A DNA stretch of 64,000 bases from positions 29,326,001 to 29,390,000 of the forward strand of contig CM022670.1 in NCBI GenBank assembly GCA_012295275.1, written 5' to 3'. Of the stretch, positions 56,736 to 64,000 are shown piece after piece. Origin of the DNA: Chrysomallon squamiferum (lineage: Eukaryota > Animalia > Mollusca). The translations under genes and the position numbers were made by a program. Positions within the stretch are counted from its first letter, which is position 1, and every line of letters begins with the position of its first letter. The notes beneath the pieces are model-generated. The model saw nothing but the letters and a program-made list of their open reading frames with translations, was not told the origin of the DNA and ran no database searches.

Positions 56736-57064
56736 GTTAGTAATAGTTTTAATTTTTTGTTTTTTTCTATTACACATTTAGTTAGCCATGGATAAAGGCA
56801 GAATCAAAGTGGGGAAAGATTGGTACTCACGTACACACAAATATGATCACATACAGAAAACTGTCACATCAATCATACACATACACAAACAAAACAAAAT
56901 ATATAAATAATGTGCACATAAACATTCAGTACAAAAGGTAACACACGCAAACATGCACTGGTATATTTACACATAAAATATATTGTATATGTAAAAGACT
57001 ACAATACACAGAATGTAACAAAATGTATGATAAGTTACTGTAAGTGTTTCTGTTACTACAACAG

Positions 57065-57887
57065 GACTACAATGACAATGCTCCAGTGTTTGGCAGTCAG
57101 CGATACACCACCACCGTGTTAGAGATAAGTCCTATTGGAACATGCATCATTACTGTCAGTGCCAATGACAGTGACTCTGGCATAAACAGCTTGGTTCACT
57201 ACAGCATCGCTCCTAACTACATGGGCAGTTCTGATGTGGACTACTTCCACATCAACTCAGAAAGTGGCATCATTATGACAAAGAAATATCTTGACCATGA
57301 GAACCAATCTGAATACTTCTTCCTGGTCATTGCCACAGACAGTGGGATGCCAGCTCTAAGCTCAACAGCTCTTGTTCATGTTATAGTGATGGACATCAAT
57401 GACAATCCACCACGGTTTAGCCAGCCATCATATGACTGCACCATTACAGACCAAGTACAGCGTGGTCAGCTTGTAACTAAACTGATTGCCACTGATGATG
57501 ATAAAACAGATGGAGGGAATCTGTACTTCTCTATTATCAATGGCAATGAAAAGCAGGCACTGACAATAAACTCAACGTCTGGTCTGATCTCAGTTTCTAG
57601 ACAACATAGCCCAAATTTAGACCCATCCTACACGCTGAATGTGTCTGTGAGTGATGGTGTATACACCAGCTTTGCTCAGGTGATGGTTTATGTGAGAAAC
57701 ACTAACAAATACTACCCCAGGTTTACTCGGGCATCATACTACACTGAATGGGCGGAGAACATGGGGGTGGGGCTTTCTGTGATCTCAGTGACAGCAGTGG
57801 ATAAGGATCATGGTACATATGGGATGCTGACATACACCATACAAAGTGAAGCTTTGCAGGAGACTTTCAGAATAGATGCAGACACAG
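57065..57887 (+). CDS. FAT1: Coding exon 13 (823 nt, phase 0-1), DYNDNAPVF...IDADT
   Basis: caacag acceptor, G|gtgaat donor; 338-aa ORF. Confidence 0.94.
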
Positions 57888-58104
57888 GTGAATTGCACAT
57901 TTTAATTATTTATATAAGTAGTGTTACTTATTGCTATCAATTAGAAAGATGGCTAAATAATGAAACTTTACAGTCTAATTTAAATACCACTTACTTTTAT
58001 CTCATATTTTTGTATCATTCAATATTTTTATATCAATCTGTTTCATTCATTAGTTGGTGAAATGTTGTATTAAAATATTTTGTAAGTTTGTTTGTAACTT
58101 GCAG

Positions 58105-58313
58105 GAGAAATCTTCACCAAGGCTATACTTGACAGAGAAAAGCAATCTTTATACATAATCCCTGTGGCCGCAACAGACAATGGTGGTAAAATGAGTCATG
58201 CAACTGTACACATCAATGTTCGTGATGCCAATGACAACTTGCCCAAATTCCTCATGCATGAATACAGAGGAAACATCTACTATAATGCCTCTATTGGAAC
58301 ATCCATTGTTCAG
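58105..58313 (+). CDS. FAT1: Coding exon 14 (209 nt, phase 1-0), GEIFTKAILDREK...SIVQ
   Basis: cttgcag acceptor, CAG|gtaaaa donor; not in ORF track. Confidence 0.93.
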
Positions 58314-58565
58314 GTAAAATTATTAAAAAGAACATTCTAGTGCTAACTCCTGAATCATTTGAACAGTTTATGAAGCTATAACATAACAAACTTAAACCTT
58401 TAAAACATACACTGTTACTATTATTATTATTATTATTATTATGCTGATGTTGTTGTTGTTTTAGTTGGGTTTTTCCTTTTCTTTTAAATGTTTAGGTCAC
58501 TATTAATGACAGAGAAATTGTCCTTATACTGAAAAACTAAACCAAGTTAAACTGTTCTTCTCCAG

Positions 58566-58710
58566 GTAACTGCTTTGGATGCTGATGTGGGAATTAATGC
58601 ACAGGTGATTCATTCTATCTATGACAGTGAAAACCTTGATGTGATGGACTTGTTTGAGATAGAAAGACACTCAGGGATCATTCGAGTGAAATCTAGTCTT
58701 GAGCCTTACA
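58566..58710 (+). CDS. FAT1: Coding exon 15 (145 nt, phase 0-1), VTALDADVG...LEPY
   Basis: ttcttctccag acceptor, A|gtaagt donor; not in ORF track. Confidence 0.92.
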
Positions 58711-59099
58711 GTAAGTAGCTTTAGAAAGAGATGTTATGCAAAGATCTAAACTTAGTTTTACATCTCTGAGTCAAAAAAATATAATTAACTTGGATTACAG
58801 TTATTTAAAAGTATAGAAAGAACTTATAATTAAAAAAAAATAATAATAAAACATCATTTTTCTTGTGAAATACTTATAACTTAGTGATATAATGATTAAC
58901 CATCATTGCAAAATAAGAACATAAAAACCCTCCAAAAACCTTCACCAAATTATTTATTTGTGATTTCTACATAATTTTATATTGAATAATCACAGCTTTA
59001 ACACTGACGAGTGTTGATGCATTTCAGAGATAGGATGTTGGATTGTTAACCACTTTTGAATAAAACTAATTTTACTGGACTCTTTTTTCCACTTAACAG

Positions 59100-60163
59100 G
59101 TAACAATGTGTACCAGTTCTTTGTTCGGGCAAGGGACCAGGGCCAGCCATCCCTGGAAGATCACGTATCAGTCCACATTGTGATTATGGGATCAAAAGAC
59201 ATGGCACCAGTGTTCGAGAAAAGTGAACATTCTTTCTTCATTCCCGAGAATGAACCAATTGGTAGTGTCATTGCAACTATCAAAGCTGAGTATGCAAGGC
59301 CAGTCAAATACAACATTGTCAAAGGTTTCACAGCTAGCACCAATGACCCTGCAAAATTTGGCATAAACAATGAAGGGCAGATACGTGTGATTCAGGAACT
59401 TGATCGAGAGGACACTGCTGCTTATACTTTCTTTGTGAAAGCTGAGTCGAAGACTTCACCACCTCTAGTAGCCTACACCAAAGTGAACATTCAATTAAGA
59501 GATGAGAATGATAATGACCCAGTGTTTGACTCAAACCCATATGTTGTTACTGTTGTTGAAAATGCTGAACCTGGAACAAAGCTGGTTCAACTAAATGCAA
59601 GAGATGCAGACCACCCAGCTTCATTTACTTTTGAATTTGGAGCGAATATGGAAAAAATGGCCAACATATTTCACATTGATTCTCACTCGGGTTGGTTAAC
59701 ACTGACATCAAAACTGGACAGGGAGGAACAAGATGAATACAACATAAGCGTTGTGGTGTATGACACTTCAGCCATCATGGATGATGTTATTCACAGCTCA
59801 TCGTCATCAGTTCTGGTGACTGTGACAGACTTCAATGACAATCCACCTGTGTTTGACCATGACCTCTACAAATCTGCTGTCAACGAGGAGGCTCTTTTGG
59901 GAACAGCTCTTGTTTTTGTTCACACCATTGACAAAGACATTGGCCAGAATGCTGAAGTGTTTTACTACATCATTGATGGTGATCCTCTCAATCAGTTTTC
60001 TGTACACAGCAATGGAGAGGTGTTTGTCAACAGACCAGTGGACAGAGAGACAACCAATCACTACAGACTAACAATTGCAGCAACAGATGGAGGATTTGTG
60101 AGCACAGCCACAATTACTATTGACATTCTTGATGACAATGACCATTCACCAAACTGTGATGAG
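59100..60163 (+). CDS. FAT1: Coding exon 16 (1064 nt, phase 1-0), SNNVYQFFVRARD...PNCDE
   Basis: ccacttaacag acceptor, GAG|gtattt donor; 359-aa ORF. Confidence 0.94.
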
Positions 60164-60475
60164 GTATTTATTTTATTCATAGCTTAGTTTGAATAAATTT
60201 TCAGAGGTTTTCTTATCATATATCTGCAGTAGTAATTTCATTAATAAATATTTCAATAACCTTTAAAGAAAACATCCTTTCATTGCAGTTCAAAGGACAT
60301 AAAAGAAAAGGAAATGTTAATATTTTATTTCATGCTTTTCCTGATAGTTTGTTGAACTAATTCAGTTTATGGAAGATGTTATTAACATTAAGATCAGTCT
60401 GTTTCAGTTTCATTCATACAATTCATTGATTAATGTAAAATCTAGCACGTAAATAATATCATGTTGTGATTACAG

Positions 60476-60638
60476 ATTGATACACTGTGGAAGGGATTTC
60501 CAGAGAATCTGCCAGTTGGAAGTCCTATAGTTCAGATCCATGCCACAGATGAGGATGAGGCAGGCACCAAAAATGCAAAGATTTCATACAGCATCAGTGG
60601 CAAAGGGGCAGAGATGTTCACCATTGATGAAAAAAGTG
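60476..60638 (+). CDS. FAT1: Coding exon 17 (163 nt, phase 0-1), IDTLWKGFPENLPVG...IDEKS
   Basis: gattacag acceptor, G|gtaaat donor; ATDEDE motif; first 8 codons atypical (see findings). Confidence 0.87.
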
Positions 60639-60958
60639 GTAAATAAAATTTAGAAATATTTAGATCTTAAAAACATCAATAAAACTTTTAAAGCAAAATA
60701 ATTTGTTTAATAAATATTGTTATTGTAATGAAGATTTATTATAAAACATAATTAAGAATTTCCACATCTAAAAGTAACTGGTAAGTTTACAGATTTTACT
60801 GTAGTATTTAATGTTTTTAACATCATCTTAATAAATTTGGAGACAATAAATTTTTATGAAAACAAAAATATAATCTTTATTCACTGAGATATTAATTTTT
60901 CTTATTTTATTATGATATTGTTTGTGTTAGTCTAACAAGTTTAGTTTATTATTTTCAG

Positions 60959-61192
60959 GTGTGATGCAGGTAAGAAAACAGTTGGATCGGGAAATATGTC
61001 CTGAGTACAGACTGGTTGCCAAGGCAATGGATGGTGACGGCAGGTCATGTGCTGTTGAAGTGCTTGTATTCCTCAAAGATATTAATGACAATGCCCCTGA
61101 GTTCACCATGACAGCAGACACATTCAGCATCCATGAGAATGCCAAAAAGAACACACTGCTTACTAGAATCACAGCAATTGACAAAGACAGTG
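60959..61192 (+). CDS. FAT1: Coding exon 18 (234 nt, phase 1-1), GVMQVRKQLDRE...AIDKDS
   Basis: attttcag acceptor, G|gtaggt donor. Confidence 0.93.
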
Positions 61193-61358
61193 GTAGGTTC
61201 TCACTGTCATTCAGTGTAATACATCACAGTACAGTCAACAATGTTACTTTAATGAATGTATTTTCCTCTTGTGATGATGTTAATTTATAAGAGATTTTAA
61301 GCATACAATAATTATTTAATAAGAACTAACAGAAGGTATGATGTTTTATTTGCATTAG

Positions 61359-61507
61359 GTATAAATCGACAGATTCAGTATAAACTTGGAGATTCTTCTC
61401 CACCTGAATTTGCCATAGATCCTCAGAGTGGAATAGTCAGTCTGGTTGGTACTCTGGACAGAGAACAGAGCTCAGCATACGACATTTCAGTGATAGCTTA
61501 CAATGTG
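61359..61507 (+). CDS. FAT1: Coding exon 19 (149 nt, phase 1-0), GINRQIQY...LDREQ...AYNV
   Basis: tgcattag acceptor, GTG|gtgagt donor; not in ORF track. Confidence 0.91.
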
Positions 61508-61924
61508 GTGAGTTCGTCTGTCAACAACTTTGTCTCTAATCATTCATATTTTTACTAAATGTAGGACTGTTATTTAATTATAGTATTTGTAATAATTACA
61601 AAAATTCTCAGTCTTAGAACTTCATTTTTTTTAACAATCATTATTTTTTTTTATTATTCTGCATTGCTTGTCCTAATTTTGTAACAAATTGTTTATTAAT
61701 TTTTTTTTTTAAATTTTATCCATTTTTAGTTTGTTCTCTTAAAATGCTATTTATTTGTATAGAGAAATATTGTCCACTTCATTTATTTTAACTAATATGA
61801 CAATATTCATTTAAATTTTAATGAAATGTTTGATTTTGATTTTGTTAAGGAGAAAAATAATTTCTTTAATTTCACATTTTATGTGCATTTATTTCATATA
61901 GTTTTTCATTTTATTATATTGAAG

Positions 61925-62162
61925 GGTTTACCTGAAGTTTCATCAGAAACAAAGATTCATGTTGTTGTACTTGATGTCAACGACAACCCACCAGAGTTTG
62001 AACGCACCAGCTACTACACCTCAATCAGGGAGGATGCTGCTGTCAAACAGAGAGTAATCACAATCACTGCTACTAGTCGTGACATCGGCGTCAATGCAGA
62101 CCTCACCTATGCCATTGTTGCCGGCAACGAACAAGGCAAATTTAAAGTTGAAATGAAAACAG
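61925..62162 (+). CDS. FAT1: Coding exon 20 (238 nt, phase 0-1), GLPEVSSE...EMKT
   Basis: attgaag acceptor, G|gtttgc donor; DVNDNPPEF and ATSRD motifs. Confidence 0.9.
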
Positions 62163-62570
62163 GTTTGCTATACCTTTTAAATAAATATAATAATATACAT
62201 AAGGTTATATGAATAAAAATGAATACATAAAATATACACATATGCACACATGCACACACACATACCTACACAAAAAATACAGACTGACACATATGAACAG
62301 ACACACAATCAAAAATAAAAACTAGTTTTAAAATCTGTGTATGCTGCAAAATAATTAAATTTCATAATTCAACATTATTAACATGTATAACACATTATTT
62401 TAACAAATAATTATTTCAAGATTTCTATGAAACTAAAATAATTATGTAGAAAAAAGCATTTTGGTTTTTGCTTCCATTTTCATTGATTGAGCAAAAAATT
62501 CCTACAAATCAGAGATTGATTTTTGTAAATTTTTCTTTGATAGCATGAAATATTTGTATTTAATTACTAG

Positions 62571-62785
62571 GTGTAATTCGAGTGGCGACACAGCTGGATT
62601 ACGAGGTTTCCAGACAATATTTCCTCACCTTGATGGCCAAAGACAGCAGCGTCTCACCTTTGAGTAACACAGCAATAGTGAACATCAACATCACTGACGT
62701 GAATGACAACGCTCCGCGATTCGGACAGCAGACTTACAGCACCACGATTCGGGAAGATGCCCCTGAAGGGACACAACTGATACGG
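62571..62785 (+). CDS. FAT1: Coding exon 21 (215 nt, phase 1-0), GVIRVATQLDYE...QLIR
   Basis: ttactag acceptor, CGG|gtaagg donor. Confidence 0.93.
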
Positions 62786-62855
62786 GTAAGGAATAAAGTA
62801 TACGTTGTTGTTATTAACAGCCCTTTATCCTTTTAAGCAAAAATTATTTTATACA

Positions 62856-62856
<1 letters not shown>

Positions 62857-62889
<33 letters not shown>

Positions 62890-62960
62890 ATGTATACATA
62901 TGTATGTATGTTTGTTTATACATATATGTGTGTGTGTGTGTGTGTGTATTTATGTGTGTA
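62857..62960. repeat. Compound (TG)n/(TA)n microsatellite
   Basis: Direct reading. Confidence 0.92.
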
Positions 62961-63232
62961 TACATACAGACACAACTAACAGGAGTATGGAATACAGTTT
63001 ACATTGTTGTTATATACACATGCCTGTGTGTGTGTAGAATTTGATATTTTTAATGCTTTATTTATTTATTTGTTTATTTTTATGCTATAAAACTGAAAAT
63101 CACTTGCTAATATAGTAAAATACCTTTACATTATTAAGCTTTTCAGAACAAAACAACATGTCTGTTGTAACCACATTTTAATATAAACTTTTGTTTGATA
63201 TAATATTATTAAAACATAACTTTACATTATAG

Positions 63233-63370
63233 GTACTAGCTACTGACATTGATAGTGCTCCTAATGCACAGATTACATATATTATTACCAGTGGAAACAA
63301 TGATGGAAACTTTCTCATAGGTCCACAGGATGGAATACTCAGAATTAAGGAACCATTAGACAGAGAAAAG
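63233..63370 (+). CDS. FAT1: Coding exon 22 (138 nt, phase 0-0), VLATDID...LDREK
   Basis: cattatag acceptor, AAG|gtaagc donor; not in ORF track. Confidence 0.93.
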
Positions 63371-63648
63371 GTAAGCTATTGGATATTTGTATACAGGAAA
63401 CAAAATTAATTTGTCTCCAGTTTCTGTATTGCTTTTAGTTGACTGAATGTACAAAGATAATAGCATAAGCTGAACATCTTAAAATGTAAAAAGAAATCTC
63501 TGTGTTATAAAACTTAATGAGACTATACTTAACATTTGATTGCAAATAAAAATCATGGAAAGTAGCCATATAGGAAAATAAATAATTGTATTATGCCAGA
63601 ATATGTTTTCAGTTCAACATGGTTGACAAATTCTGCTGTTTGTTACAG

Positions 63649-63792
63649 GTGCAGAGTTATGCACTGATAATACAAGCCATGGACTCAGGTAGTCCTAGAT
63701 TGACAGCTACATCCATCATAAACGTTGAAGTGTTAGACGCCAATGATAACCCACCACGATTTAGTCAGACAAACTACACAGCATTTGTACAG
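63649..63792 (+). CDS. FAT1: Coding exon 23 (144 nt, phase 0-0), VQSYALII...TAFVQ; gene continues beyond window
   Basis: tgttacag acceptor, CAG|gtaaaa donor; DANDNPPRF motif. Confidence 0.93.
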
Positions 63793-64000
63793 GTAAAAAT
63801 ACCTTTTCTAGTCATCTGTTTTTACCCCAGTTTTGTCATTTTTTGGTGATAGGTTTGGTTTAGAAAGGTGTTTGATGTTTTAAATTAAAAATACCACTAA
63901 TCCTCAAGTGCTATTTATTTATTATTATTATTATTTTTTTTTTTTAAAATGCCAGTTTAGCAGAACAAGCATGATTTCCTTTTTTGTTGACTTTTTTATA

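Larger units (their letters stand above)
1902..63792 (+). other. FAT1: Fat-like atypical cadherin gene (FAT1/2/3-kugelei subfamily), partial, 3' end outside window; 23 constitutive coding exons plus a candidate microexon
   Basis: Tandem cadherin repeats with PxF..Y, ExN, DxD, LDRE/LDYE, AxDxG and DxNDN motifs. Subfamily-typical stretches include 'YNGTIFENAMGKTY..KMGI', 'DFCFLRVR..LNRE' and 'LDRETASHYWLTIFAQDRG'. All introns are GT-AG with matching phases, giving 3470 codons without a stop. Confidence 0.93.

Noticed and set aside
43468-59105. Exons starting with GTAAC (AG|GT) as recursive splice sites
   Set aside because: This is explained by Val, Gly or Ser codons at cadherin intron positions, and most of these introns are short.
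3863-61184. Antisense ORFs overlapping cadherin exons (e.g. 3863-4276, 48182-48463, 49571-49852, 60927-61184)
   Set aside because: These are expected shadows of stop-poor coding sequence.

Overview
This is AT-rich, CpG-depleted animal genomic DNA, probably from an invertebrate bilaterian such as a mollusc (inference). It is not prokaryotic. The whole window is the 5' part of one + strand Fat-like atypical cadherin gene of the FAT1/2/3-kugelei subfamily. I reconstructed 23 GT-AG coding exons from the ATG at 1902 to 63792. They total 10,410 nt (3,470 codons): a signal peptide plus roughly 32 cadherin repeats, with matching phases at every junction. The gene continues past the window end, and a non-coding upstream exon probably lies before it. 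The most notable observations are: (1) a hidden 21-nt in-frame microexon at 53206-53226 that turns TG into TAMDVLGPC; (2) a giant first coding exon of exactly 3351 nt whose back-spliced circle would be a stop-free, endless ORF; (3) an apparent compensated frameshift at 60476-60508; (4) a minisatellite built on an 18-bp palindrome of paired forkhead-like sites; and (5) local CpG-rich patches. The short intronic ORFs in the track appear spurious.
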